Origin: Candidatus Bathyarchaeota archaeon | GTDB taxonomy: Archaea; Thermoproteota; Bathyarchaeia; Bathyarchaeales; Bathycorpusculaceae | Assembly (NCBI GenBank): GCA_963733095.1 | Contig: CAVTBV010000001.1 | Location: 64,001-128,000 of the forward strand | Length of the DNA stretch: 64,000 nt | Direction of reading: 5' to 3' | Shown: positions 10,070 through 20,441 of the stretch, piece after piece | Numbering within the stretch: the first letter of the stretch is position 1 | Layout: every line of letters starts with the position of its first letter | Notes under the pieces: generated by a model | What the model saw: the letters and a program-made list of their open reading frames with translations, nothing else | What the model was told of the DNA's origin: nothing | Databases searched by the model: none | Program-made: the position numbers and the translations under genes

Positions 10070-11287
10070 TTATTCGGCGGTGCATGTTTGGGTGGGAGAC
10101 GCAAGTTTCTTTATAGCATCTGCGCCTTCTGCATAACCCGAAGCTACCAACACGTCGCCGACAGCAATCTTTGAGTCTCCACGTGGACGCAAGCATTTTT
10201 CGCTGCGTTTTATAACTAGAACCCACATGCCAGTTTCCTCATGCACTCTTGCTTCTTTGAGTGTTTTGCCCACAAGAACAGAGTCCTCTGTGACACAAGC
10301 TTGAGCAACAGTCTCTTCGGCTTCCTTAATGGTTAGCGTTAGAATTGGGTGCGGTTCAATCCCTCTTAAAACAACCTCCGCCATATCTGCAGCCGCATCA
10401 GCAATCTTTTCCGTCGCAATCCCCAACCTGATTAAACCCAGAAAGCCTGAAGCCTCTTCTTCCTTAAAATCACTGGTTAAAGCGAGCAACTCAAAGCCTG
10501 TATGCAACTGATCCATCCATTCTTCAAGCCGCTCAACTTCCTCCGCTAACTCCTTGCTGTTTAGCATCAAAGAGGAGTACGCTAAATCAATCATTAACTC
10601 AGACGTATCTTTAAGCTCCACAAACCTTGAAACAATCTCTTCAAACTTCGCTCGCTTCTTAGTATCCAAAGTTGCAAGTGTGCCCTCTGCTAAGTCTTTG
10701 AATTCCTCAATACCTAATGACGCCCCACGAGTAATCAGAGTGTCACCTTGGAATACAGTTTCTGTTTCATCGGGGTCTAGTTTCCAATCATGATTTCTGC
10801 GGATGGCAATTATATCCACCCCCATTCGTGCTGCTAAATTAAGTTCTCCAATCGTTTTCCCGATAATTTCTGAATTAGGCTTCACTGTAACCTTCATCAA
10901 ACGCTCTTCTACTTTCTGGAAGATTTCCCCGATAATCGGGTGAATTCCAATGTTACGGGTGACGATGGCGGCTATGTCAGCAGCAGCGTCTGAAATCTTA
11001 TCTGTAGAAGACGCAACTATCGACACTCCAATAAGGGCCTCTGCATCCTTTGGATCTCTTGCAGCAACCATTATCTCCATATCTAAAAGGTACGATAGGT
11101 AATCCACTCTCTTTTCCAATGCAAGAACGTCTTCTGCAAGGTCTATGTCATTGTATAGTGCGGAGGAATAAGCCAAATCAATCATTAATTCAGAAAGATT
11201 TTTCATTTCAAGCAAAAGTTCCCTAACCGGGATAGGTTTATACTTTATTTTTTCATATTGGACCAATTTCTCTGGAGCGCTCCACAA
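10070..11287 (-). CDS. tandem PhoU-like/TrkA-C (RCK_C) protein
   Basis: two repeats of SELMIDLAYS...KI(S/A)DAAAD, each followed by a TrkA-C segment (GKTIGEL...DIIAIRR; GKTLKEA...VLVIKR). Confidence 0.85.
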   Translation of the reverse strand: MWSAPEKLVQYEKIKYKPIPVRELLLEMKNLSELMIDLAYSSALYNDIDLAEDVLALEKRVDYLSYLLDMEIMVAARDPKDAEALIGVSIVASSTDKISDAAADIAAIVTRNIGIHPIIGEIFQKVEERLMKVTVKPNSEIIGKTIGELNLAARMGVDIIAIRRNHDWKLDPDETETVFQGDTLITRGASLGIEEFKDLAEGTLATLDTKKRAKFEEIVSRFVELKDTSELMIDLAYSSLMLNSKELAEEVERLEEWMDQLHTGFELLALTSDFKEEEASGFLGLIRLGIATEKIADAAADMAEVVLRGIEPHPILTLTIKEAEETVAQACVTEDSVLVGKTLKEARVHEETGMWVLVIKRSEKCLRPRGDSKIAVGDVLVASGYAEGADAIKKLASPTQTCTAE

Positions 11288-11325
11288 TAAATAAGGGTCT
11301 ATGTTATTTTAATTTGCGCTTTAAT

Positions 11326-12489
11326 CTATATAATTACGAGTAGCGCTGCAAACAAGGCGATGGTTGTTATGGCGTCCGCTAAAGAACTTCCGAGGGGAAT
11401 GACAAAGTTGTCTGGGTCTAAGCCTCTTTTGAAAGTCAATATGGAAATCGCATAAGTTAAGATTGCAATTGCTGCGTAAGCGATTATGTTGGAAATTAAG
11501 AGTGTTAAAAGTAAGTTAGAAATTGCTTGCCAAGAAAATATACCGTTAATAGCTAATGCAATTAGACCCGTAACAACAAATAGCATAAGGGAAGCCGTCC
11601 AGGCGCTAAAAATGTTTCTGGCATGTTTCTTTATCGAGGAAAAAGAGGGTGTGAGAATGCCTAATGCAAGTTTCGTAGTTGCAGCTGAACCCACGACCAA
11701 TCCAATGTCACCCATCATATTAATCATGGCTGGGTATACTGTGAAGATTTCTCTTCGGCCAGCGGCAAGTGTGCTTATGCCTTTGAGAACTGTTCCCGTT
11801 ATGTTTACCATAAAGGCTACTAAAAGCATGGCTGGCAATGATTCCTTTATTATTTTGAGGAACTCAGCTTCACGCAGGCTGCGAGGCAGAATGGTCAAAA
11901 CTAAAACTACGTTGATGGCTCCAAAAACTATTATCGCCCATTTGCCGCCTATCCCAGAAAAGTAAAGGTTCAATACGATTATGTAAAAAAAAGTAATGAT
12001 GATTTGTGCTACCGTCGAAATCGCTGGAAATACGATCGTGTCTGGATCTAAACTGCTCTTGAAAGAAATGATCGTGAGTTTTGCAGTTATCAAAGTAGTA
12101 AGCAACCCCAACGAGAGGGTTCCAACCATAATCGTGAGGATAGCTGGAAAATCCGTGATTGTTATGCCCCAAAACAGGGTCCCGAAAACTATTGATATTA
12201 CACTAATCGTTGTGCTTGTTATCAAGGTCAAAACGACCATGGCTTCAATCAACCTGTAAAATGTCTTTGTGTTTCCAAAAAACTTGGGATCAACTGTTCC
12301 AAGATGAAGTGCTGTGCTCAGGCGACCAGTTAGTAAACCGGTGGTAGCGCCTTTTACACTGATTACAGCTGGGTAGAGCGCTATAGCCCAAGGTGAAAGC
12401 TGGAAAACCCCAAGCTGCAATGCAATCATAAAACCAGCAACTAAGCCGCCGATATCAAATATGCATGCTATTGCTGACTCTTTAAACAT
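11326..12489 (-). CDS. MgtE/SLC41-family divalent cation transporter (two membrane repeats)
   Basis: RLSTALHLG, LDPDTIVFP, GLDPDNFVIPLGSSLAD. Confidence 0.85.
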   Translation of the reverse strand: MFKESAIACIFDIGGLVAGFMIALQLGVFQLSPWAIALYPAVISVKGATTGLLTGRLSTALHLGTVDPKFFGNTKTFYRLIEAMVVLTLITSTTISVISIVFGTLFWGITITDFPAILTIMVGTLSLGLLTTLITAKLTIISFKSSLDPDTIVFPAISTVAQIIITFFYIIVLNLYFSGIGGKWAIIVFGAINVVLVLTILPRSLREAEFLKIIKESLPAMLLVAFMVNITGTVLKGISTLAAGRREIFTVYPAMINMMGDIGLVVGSAATTKLALGILTPSFSSIKKHARNIFSAWTASLMLFVVTGLIALAINGIFSWQAISNLLLTLLISNIIAYAAIAILTYAISILTFKRGLDPDNFVIPLGSSLADAITTIALFAALLVII

Positions 12490-12788
12490 TCCAAAGAAAC
12501 CTTTAGAGAAGCCAGCATGTGTGATCTTTGCTGCCCCCTAAGATTGTTCTTCTATTAAGTTGGAAAAAATGTAACTCGAAGGATTCTCTAGAAGGGTTTG
12601 GCGGCCGTTCGTTTTGTCAAGTGGAGTTGATGCTGTGACCGCTTTGGTCGAATTTGGAGAGGTGTGGACTCCATTCATGTTTACGCCTTCTAATTTGTTT
12701 GGCGGTCCACAGTCACTGAAGCGCCGTGTGTGCGGGCTGCCAAAGCCGCATTAACTGCCTGTTGAAGTTTTTGAAAGGCAACAAGCAC

Positions 12789-14936
12789 TTAAGAGGTTTT
12801 TGGTTGATATACGCACCACGGGTCCTCAGTTAAGTAATCATTCTTCAATTCTTCTGGTTCATGGAGGTCGCCGCAGTAATCGATGAAATCGCTTGAAAGA
12901 CCATACGCACGTGCTCGGCAACCACCGCAAAGTGAACGGTATTCGCAGGCGCCGCATCTGCCCTTCAAAGAGTTAGGGTCCCTTAGCGCTTTGAAGATGT
13001 CTGAGTTGAACCAAATTTCTTTGAAGCTTTTTTCTCTAACATTTCCAAGTTTAACTGGCAGGTAGGGGCAAGGTGTTACATCACCATTGGGGTAAATGCG
13101 GCAGTAGTACAAGCCTGCCATGCAACCTCGCACCCATTGTCTCATGTCTAAGCCCATACCTTTGGCAATCCGCATAAACTGCGGCGCACAAGAGGGTCTC
13201 ACGTTTAGCTTGTGCTTTGTGACTTTTGCAAAAGTGTTGGTAATCATATCTTCGTATTTTTGAGGCGAAATATCTGCTAGTTTGGCACCGCGACCTGTTG
13301 GAACAAGGAAGAACAGATGGAAGTTTTCGACACCGATTTCTTCCGCTAAACTCATGATTTCGTCGATTTGGTTGTAATTCTGTTGAGTCAGTGTGGTGTT
13401 TACCTGGACTAACACGTTGTTCTTTCGCAGGGCTTTGCATGCGTTGACTGCTTTTTCCCATGCGCCAGCTACGCCTCGGAATTCGTCGTGTTGCGCTGGA
13501 ATATGTGAGTCTATGCTTATGGAGACTGTTGCTATGCCAGCCGCTTTAAGTTTAGCCGCTACTTTGTCATCTATGAGGCTTCCGTTGCTTCCCAACCCCA
13601 TTTTCAATCCCTTAGATGCGCCATATTCGATTAGCTCGTAAATATCTGGCCGCAGAAGGGGTTCGCCGCCGCTGAGTATGAGTAGTGGCTTGCTAACTTT
13701 GCATATTTGGTCCATGAGGTTTTTGCCCTCTTGGGTTGACAGTTCATCGGATAGTTTCTTTTCTGTTGCGTTGATGTAGCAGTGGCTGCATTTCATGTTG
13801 CATTCGCGGGTAACGTTCCAAGACATTACAAGTGGAACATACTTTTCAGCTGTTTGCGCTTCTGGTGAATGTGCAAGTTTTAGGTAGAACTCGCAGTTGC
13901 CATGGGAAGCTATCAGTTTAGGCTGCCAGAGCGTGAATGGGAAAGGCAACACCGTGTCAAGCATGGCTTTTGCGTGAGCAAAACAGAAATGAGTACAGAA
14001 TAACCCCGAAACCTTGCTGTCAACACCATATTTTTCTGAAGCGTATTTGTGGCCTCCATAAATCGGGCAATTCAAAAACTCCATTTTTCCATCGAGGGTT
14101 TCGTTGCTCATAGCCATATTGATGAAGTGGTCGCTTAACATGACTGACTGCAGTTTCTCTCTGCGCATCCCAACCTTCAAGGTAACGTCAAGGGCTATGC
14201 TGACGGTTTCTTGACCAAACTTTTCCTGCACCCCTGCCATGGCTGCTTCGAGAGCGGGTAAACCGACGGTTTTGGTTAATTCAGCCGTAACCAGCAAACC
14301 CTTGATTGTTTCGTACTCTTGGGTAAGTCGCATCGCAATGACTTGTTTTGCCCAGTCAACAAATAGTTTCTCCATTGCCTCGGATGCTTTGGGGTTCTTG
14401 CTATATAGTAGGGCTTCGACTTTTTTGTTATCTTGCTTTAGCTTGGTGAATAATTTGATTTTATCCTCGCTTGTCGGTCTTGGACTTGTAGCTATTTCTT
14501 GTAGACCTACAGGAAGGGGTGTTACTGTTTGCGTAAGTTCTTTTGCGTCAGACTCAAAATCGCCGTAAATTTTGTTCAACTGCTCAGACACATTGGGCAA
14601 CTCGACATTTAGGGCTTTGAGAATCACTTGGGTTTCTGACTCCATCTTCGAAACCATAGCCATATGGTACAACAAGGAACCAGCCATCCCTGGGTCCCCT
14701 TGCTTGCCTCCCATAGCACCCTTGAAAATCTGGTTAAACAAACCTTTTGCAGAATCAAAATCCATTTTTTCTATGGCAACCTGAGCTTCGCTTAGTTTTT
14801 GTTTGCGGTTAAGTAAGAGTTGAGCCCACTTATGGCATTGTATAGCGTCAAAGTTTGTTAATGAGTCCACGCCCTTGAAGCTTAAGATTCCAACTTGGAA
14901 GTAATAAAGGCTAGCGATACGAAAACAGCTAAGCAA
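12789..14936 (-). CDS. radical SAM/SPASM enzyme (AhbD/NirJ-like) with long N-terminal extension
   Basis: CNMKCSHC, LSGGEPLLR, RPSCAPQ, SPASM cysteines CPY...CGACEYRSLCGGCRARAY...DPWC; start may be GTG at 14870. Confidence 0.85.
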   Translation of the reverse strand: MLSCFRIASLYYFQVGILSFKGVDSLTNFDAIQCHKWAQLLLNRKQKLSEAQVAIEKMDFDSAKGLFNQIFKGAMGGKQGDPGMAGSLLYHMAMVSKMESETQVILKALNVELPNVSEQLNKIYGDFESDAKELTQTVTPLPVGLQEIATSPRPTSEDKIKLFTKLKQDNKKVEALLYSKNPKASEAMEKLFVDWAKQVIAMRLTQEYETIKGLLVTAELTKTVGLPALEAAMAGVQEKFGQETVSIALDVTLKVGMRREKLQSVMLSDHFINMAMSNETLDGKMEFLNCPIYGGHKYASEKYGVDSKVSGLFCTHFCFAHAKAMLDTVLPFPFTLWQPKLIASHGNCEFYLKLAHSPEAQTAEKYVPLVMSWNVTRECNMKCSHCYINATEKKLSDELSTQEGKNLMDQICKVSKPLLILSGGEPLLRPDIYELIEYGASKGLKMGLGSNGSLIDDKVAAKLKAAGIATVSISIDSHIPAQHDEFRGVAGAWEKAVNACKALRKNNVLVQVNTTLTQQNYNQIDEIMSLAEEIGVENFHLFFLVPTGRGAKLADISPQKYEDMITNTFAKVTKHKLNVRPSCAPQFMRIAKGMGLDMRQWVRGCMAGLYYCRIYPNGDVTPCPYLPVKLGNVREKSFKEIWFNSDIFKALRDPNSLKGRCGACEYRSLCGGCRARAYGLSSDFIDYCGDLHEPEELKNDYLTEDPWCVYQPKTS

Positions 14937-15017
14937 TAGTGCATCTTCAAAGCAGGCGCGTATTCGATAAACTAATTAACCTCAAAATGGAACATAGCCA
15001 ACATAAATGGGTGAATC

Positions 15018-15314
15018 GTGATGTCTTTGGATTTCAATCTACTTTTCGCTTTAATCGGTTTCTTAATCATGCTGGGCATGCTCGGCGGTATAGGCATCAA
15101 TAAACCTCGCGGAATGAGCGTGAAAATGTGGTGTGTCGGCTACCTTGCGGTTGCGCTAGGTTTTGATGCGTTTGCCGTTGTTGGGTTAATAGGGGGCTAC
15201 AAATGGTTAACTTTCTTGCTTGTGGGTCTTTCTGCTGGAGCAGCAACGGGCTTAGCCCTACACGTTATGCATCACATCAATGAAGAAGATGCACACCCAA
15301 CATTCATGGGTTAA
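15018..15314 (+). CDS. small membrane protein
   Basis: three hydrophobic segments, GGTGA RBS upstream, T-rich tail. Confidence 0.65.
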   Translation: MMSLDFNLLFALIGFLIMLGMLGGIGINKPRGMSVKMWCVGYLAVALGFDAFAVVGLIGGYKWLTFLLVGLSAGAATGLALHVMHHINEEDAHPTFMG

Positions 15315-15512
15315 AAATCTTTTTTTATTCAAAATAACATAGGGAGCCAATGCTTTAGAGCGTCGCAATGATTGCTGCAATTATGCTGCTTAGGAAAACG
15401 CATTCAAATGCTTTTGGAAACGGTGCAGATTAGTTTTTTTGGGAATGTGTACCTCTTCGAGGTGTGGGTTGTATATCGGAAACGAGGGTTTTTTATTCTT
15501 TCCTAAAATTAG

Positions 15513-16487
15513 TTAGAACGTTGATATGAATTCTCTTTGAAGAGGCCAAACGGTGAATAACCTATCTACTCCTACTTCCATTTTAGTTAATCCCGGCAAA
15601 CTTGCAATTTGTTCTTGGATATCTACTAACTGATTGATGTCTTTTATCATCAAGCTGAATGTATAGTCGTGGTTGCTGCTTGATTTAGTTATGAAATTTA
15701 TGTCTTGAATTCTTGATAGACTTTCAGTGTTACGTTCCAACGTTTCGGTAGAAAACGACACATAAAAAATTGCGAAGGCGAAATAGCCGATCTTTGTGGG
15801 GTTTATCTGAACTACAACCTTAAGGTCTCCATTTTCTTTTAGTCTTTCATACCTTCTAACAACGGTATCAGTAGAAACATCTAACGACTTCGCAATTTTT
15901 TCAAAGGATATTCGGCCATCTACTGCTAATTTTTCTATAATGCTTGTGTCAATGCTGTCAATCTTTATCTCTGCCTTTTTTTCAGGTAAACTTGCATTTC
16001 TGAAGAATTGTTTTGATTTTGATTCTTCCGTGTCAAGAACTGAAAGGTTTTCTGGAGTTGTTCTTATGCCTATCCAAACTCTAACATCTACTCCGAGAAT
16101 ATAGGGCAATCGTTTTATTGCGTGTTTAACCTGCTCAAGTTCTTCAATACTCTTCAAGATTGCTTCCGCAGCAATTGTTTGATTTATAACCCGTGAGTAG
16201 ACATGAAAGACATGCGGTGTCTTTCTGACGGATTCAATAGCGCCGTCCAATTTGCCATGCTGAACATTAATGAGGATAGTTGAAACGAATTTGCCCGAGT
16301 AACAAGTGTGACTATTTTGAATTGTTGCTCCAACGATTATGCCTTTGTTTTCCATTTGTTTATAGCGTTTGGAAATAACATCTTTTGATGTGTTGCATTC
16401 TTTAGCAATTTCTGCAAATTTTTTCCTTCCGTCCATTAGTAGTTCTTTTAGAATTTTTTTGTCGATTGTGTCAATTACGGACTTCAT
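15513..16487 (-). CDS. tandem Lrp/AsnC transcriptional regulator
   Basis: two Lrp HTH units (IDTIDKKILKELLMDGR; IDSIDTSIIEKLAVDGRISF), each with a RAM-like domain. Confidence 0.88.
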   Translation of the reverse strand: MKSVIDTIDKKILKELLMDGRKKFAEIAKECNTSKDVISKRYKQMENKGIIVGATIQNSHTCYSGKFVSTILINVQHGKLDGAIESVRKTPHVFHVYSRVINQTIAAEAILKSIEELEQVKHAIKRLPYILGVDVRVWIGIRTTPENLSVLDTEESKSKQFFRNASLPEKKAEIKIDSIDTSIIEKLAVDGRISFEKIAKSLDVSTDTVVRRYERLKENGDLKVVVQINPTKIGYFAFAIFYVSFSTETLERNTESLSRIQDINFITKSSSNHDYTFSLMIKDINQLVDIQEQIASLPGLTKMEVGVDRLFTVWPLQREFISTF

Positions 16488-16688
16488 ATATGCTTTTAAC
16501 TTTTTAACTGCCTAATTAATCTATTCTAAATCAACGGATAGAAGCTGGAAAATCCATATTAGTCTATTTTATTGTTAATGATTTTCCACTTTTTGCATTT
16601 TAATGCTTGTATATCAAAAAAATAGGAAAAGTCTAAATAGCCTGTCAGCTTAGGTTTTTTAAACAAACATATAAGGAAGGAAAAAAAC

Positions 16689-19346
16689 TTGACATACAAT
16701 AAAAATGCAGCAATCGCGATTGCGATATTATTGACAATTTCAATGGGAGCTTCAATGATTCTAGTGCCAAGCGCTAGTGCACATGATCCAGGCTGGAATA
16801 TTCCAACCTTTGCTCTAATTAATGCAGCACCCAATCCAGTAGGTGTCGGTCAACAAGCATATGTCATCATGTGGCTTACCGATACTTATGATCCCGCCAG
16901 TGCATTATCAAACAATTACAGATTCCACAACTACAAACTCACAATCACAGCACCCGACGGCACTGTAACAACTCAAACTTTTGAGACAGTAACCGACCCA
17001 ACATCAAACCAACCCTATGCCTTCACACCCGACCAAGTCGGAACATATACTCTGAACTTCACTTTCCCAGGACAAGACATAACAGTAAACAATGATAGTC
17101 CCACCTCACAATACATTAACGATACTTACCTACCAAGTTCTGCACAAACAACTCTTAATGTTCAGCAAGAGGCAATATCCACATTACCAACTGTCCCTCT
17201 ACCAACCCAATACTGGTCACGCCCAATCTACGGAACAAACCCAAACTGGTACACAATTTCCTCCAACTGGCTAGGTTCAGGTGCACCCGGCTACTCTGGC
17301 TTCTCTTTTGGTGGATCAGCCCAATCGAGTTACCCAGGTGATGCAGTAGGCCCCCTAACAGGCCACATTATGTGGACTAAGCCAATTCAAAGCGGCGGAG
17401 TCGTCGGAGGAGACAACTTTGCTATTAAAGGAGACACATTCTTCGAAGGTTCAGCATACCAGCAAAGATTCACTAACCCAATAATAATCGACGGAAAACT
17501 CTACTTTAAAGAACCAGTATCTTTCTCAGGTCCGAGCAACGGTCCAACTGACTGCGTTGACTTGCAAACGGGACAACTTATCTGGTCTCGTGACGACGTA
17601 CCAGCGCTATCATTTGGCTACATTTATGACGTTCAAGACCCCAATCAACACGGAGTTTACCCACCAATACTTTTCTCTGGAGGCGGTGGATTATTCTCAT
17701 TCGGTCCAATCACATGGAGAGCTTTTGATGCATACACAGGAAACCCGCTGTTCAACGTGACTAACGTTCCCTCCGGAACAACATTGCTCGGCGTAAACGG
17801 CGAACACTTGATATTAACATTGACAAACAAAGGCACACCAGCAAGTCCGAATTACTATTTGACACAATGGAATTCATCTAATCTGTGGACAGGTCAATAC
17901 TCAGGTGCCTCAACCTCACCATCAGTAATTCCACCAATCACTAACGGAGCAGACCCACGAATGTACGACTGGAACATCTCAATTCCATCGCTAAACACAA
18001 TGTCTGGAAACCCTACAATCGCTGATGCTTTCTTTAACAACATGTTAATCGTTGAATTCGGAACTCTTCCTTCAGCAGCAACCATCGCTTTCCGTACAAT
18101 AAGCAGTACTCCATACACATACGCAGGTATCGACATCAAATTGACCTCGATTGCTAGTGACATTTCCAACGGCAACACGTCATCAGTGATGTGGACAAAT
18201 ACAGTTAATCCACCAGCGGGCAACGTCACTGTCCTACTAGGTCCAGCTGACCCAGTAGCCGGCGTTTTCACTGAAGGATACGCAGAAACTACCCAGTGGG
18301 TAGGCTACAGCATGTCAACAGGCGAAAAAATCTGGGGTCCAACTGCAAGTCAAACAGCTTTTGACTACTACGGCAACCCAGCCACACCAAACGTTCAAGG
18401 TGTTGCAGCTAACGGCATTCTCTACAGTAGCGGCTTCGGAGGAATATGCTTCGCATACGACATGCAACATGGAGACCTACTTTGGACATACGGTAACGGC
18501 GGCACAGGCAACTCAACATATGCAGGCCTTGAGACTCCATTCGGCGAATATCCAACATTCATACAGGCAATCGGCAACGGAGTAGTCTACTTAGTGACAA
18601 CAGAACACACCATCGAAACACCAATCTTCAAAGGAGCCTTAACACGCGCAATTAACGCAACCACCGGCGCAGAAATCTGGACACTCTCAGACTACACTGG
18701 AGAGTTCGCAGCCATGAGCTATGCCATCGCAGACGGCTATGCAACATTCTTCAACGGCTATGACAACCAAGTTTACAGCGTAGGCAGGGGACCAAGCGCT
18801 TTAACCGTTTTAGCACCAAACATCGGAGTAGCTTCTGAATCATCCGTGGTACTTAGAGGTACCGTAACAGACGTTTCAGCAGGCACAAAACAAACAACAG
18901 TCGCAGCCAACTTCCCAGCAGGCGTTCCAGTCTCCTCTGATGCAAGCATGAGCGAATGGATGGGCTACGTCTACCAGCAACAAGCAATGCCAAACAACTT
19001 CACCGGCGTTACAGTAACAATCAGCGTCATCGACTCAAACAACAATCTACGAACCATCGGCACCGCAACCACTGACGAAACAGGAATGTACAGCTTAGCA
19101 TGGACACCCGACATCTCTGGCAGTTACACGGTCATCGCATCTTTCGACGGCACAAACGGCTACTACCCATCGTACGCTAAAACAAGCTTCACAGTCGACC
19201 AACCACACCCAACCATAGCACCAACCTCAGCACCAGCCCAATCAGTAGCTGACCAATACTTCGTTCCCGCAATCGCAGGCTTGTTCGTCCTAATCATCAT
19301 CGTATTAGCATTGCTAGTACTCATGATGATGAGAAAACGACAATAA
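16689..19346 (+). CDS. secreted, C-terminally anchored PQQ-like beta-propeller protein
   Basis: signal peptide, repeated xDxxTGxxxW motifs, Ig-like C-terminal region, TM helix plus RKRQ tail. Confidence 0.85.
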   Translation: MTYNKNAAIAIAILLTISMGASMILVPSASAHDPGWNIPTFALINAAPNPVGVGQQAYVIMWLTDTYDPASALSNNYRFHNYKLTITAPDGTVTTQTFETVTDPTSNQPYAFTPDQVGTYTLNFTFPGQDITVNNDSPTSQYINDTYLPSSAQTTLNVQQEAISTLPTVPLPTQYWSRPIYGTNPNWYTISSNWLGSGAPGYSGFSFGGSAQSSYPGDAVGPLTGHIMWTKPIQSGGVVGGDNFAIKGDTFFEGSAYQQRFTNPIIIDGKLYFKEPVSFSGPSNGPTDCVDLQTGQLIWSRDDVPALSFGYIYDVQDPNQHGVYPPILFSGGGGLFSFGPITWRAFDAYTGNPLFNVTNVPSGTTLLGVNGEHLILTLTNKGTPASPNYYLTQWNSSNLWTGQYSGASTSPSVIPPITNGADPRMYDWNISIPSLNTMSGNPTIADAFFNNMLIVEFGTLPSAATIAFRTISSTPYTYAGIDIKLTSIASDISNGNTSSVMWTNTVNPPAGNVTVLLGPADPVAGVFTEGYAETTQWVGYSMSTGEKIWGPTASQTAFDYYGNPATPNVQGVAANGILYSSGFGGICFAYDMQHGDLLWTYGNGGTGNSTYAGLETPFGEYPTFIQAIGNGVVYLVTTEHTIETPIFKGALTRAINATTGAEIWTLSDYTGEFAAMSYAIADGYATFFNGYDNQVYSVGRGPSALTVLAPNIGVASESSVVLRGTVTDVSAGTKQTTVAANFPAGVPVSSDASMSEWMGYVYQQQAMPNNFTGVTVTISVIDSNNNLRTIGTATTDETGMYSLAWTPDISGSYTVIASFDGTNGYYPSYAKTSFTVDQPHPTIAPTSAPAQSVADQYFVPAIAGLFVLIIIVLALLVLMMMRKRQ

Positions 19347-19635
19347 AACAAACCATCAAACAACACTCCCTTTCCCTTTTTTAGTCAAAAAATTTGATAG
19401 CAAATAGGGGCTGAGAAGGCTTAAGACAAATCACGATTCATAGCCATAGTTTCGTGAAAGGGCGTTTTTGCATTTCGCTCTTTTCTCCTAAATATGTCTG
19501 GAGCCTCAGCAAACCCAACTATAAGTTACCAAACCATTGTATTAACTTATTGCAAATAAACTGATCCCCTGTTCTTTGCAGGGAGAAAGCTTCTTATGAG
19601 ACGGATTTGGGAAAAATTACACTTTGTTTTTTCAA

Positions 19636-20225
19636 CTATTTTGTGTTTAATTTTCGCCACTTTTGGGCTGCTCGGAGACATTTTTCGAATCCGACAAGGG
19701 AAGTAAACAATTGGTCGGCTGGTGCTTCCTCAACCACTAAGCCTTGTGTACTTGCGTTTATGCAACCGTCCAGCATCAGGTTATCGGTTAAACCCACTTC
19801 TTCAATAAACATGCCCTGAGAATCTCTTAATTTTCTATCGCTGCCTCGGTTAACTTTAAAATTAAGAGCTTTAATTGTGCGCTCAGTAAACGGCACAGCG
19901 ATATTGGTGTAAGCAAACACATTCTTGCCCAACGCATGAGCAAAACCCATCTCATACGCTGTTCCCACATCCGCACTTGGGCCTTCTAAAAGGAGTAATA
20001 TTTGCAATAACAAAATCGCAGCTTCTAATCAAGTTCTCGTTTACTTCGCTGATGCAGAAACCAACCTCTCTTGGGGTCTTATCCTTCACTTGTACTTCAT
20101 TGTCCAAAGGAAAAACACCTTCAAAGCAGTATTTTCTACAGAGGGCTTTCTTGTTGTCGCCAATTTCTTTGGCGTTGCGGAGGAAGACTTCTGGACCTGC
20201 AAGGTAAACACGTTGGGGCACCATT
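19636..20225 (-). pseudogene. nucleoside 2-deoxyribosyltransferase, frameshifted
   Basis: VYLAGPEVF...NITPFR in one frame, GPSADVGTAYEMGFA...DNLML in another; one extra A near 19985. Confidence 0.8.
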
Positions 20226-20441
20226 ACCGTTCTCCACAAATTAGTAGACGGCTTGGCTAAATAAGCAGTTATCAAAATTTTCCTTTCAAAACGAGCAGAA
20301 TTTTTTAGTCAAGAAACTTTGACTACGTTTAGTCAAATATCCTTTACGAGAACGCTTTTACATCATCAAAAGTAGTGGGTTTTTAGGAAGACTGGATGGA
20401 TTTCTTCCAGTTTTGGATTAGCTGCATAGGAGCGTAAAAAA

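Noticed and set aside
15330-15480. Possible remnant of a membrane-anchor-coding segment (minus strand APFP...IIAAIIA)
   Set aside because: Too short and interrupted to support
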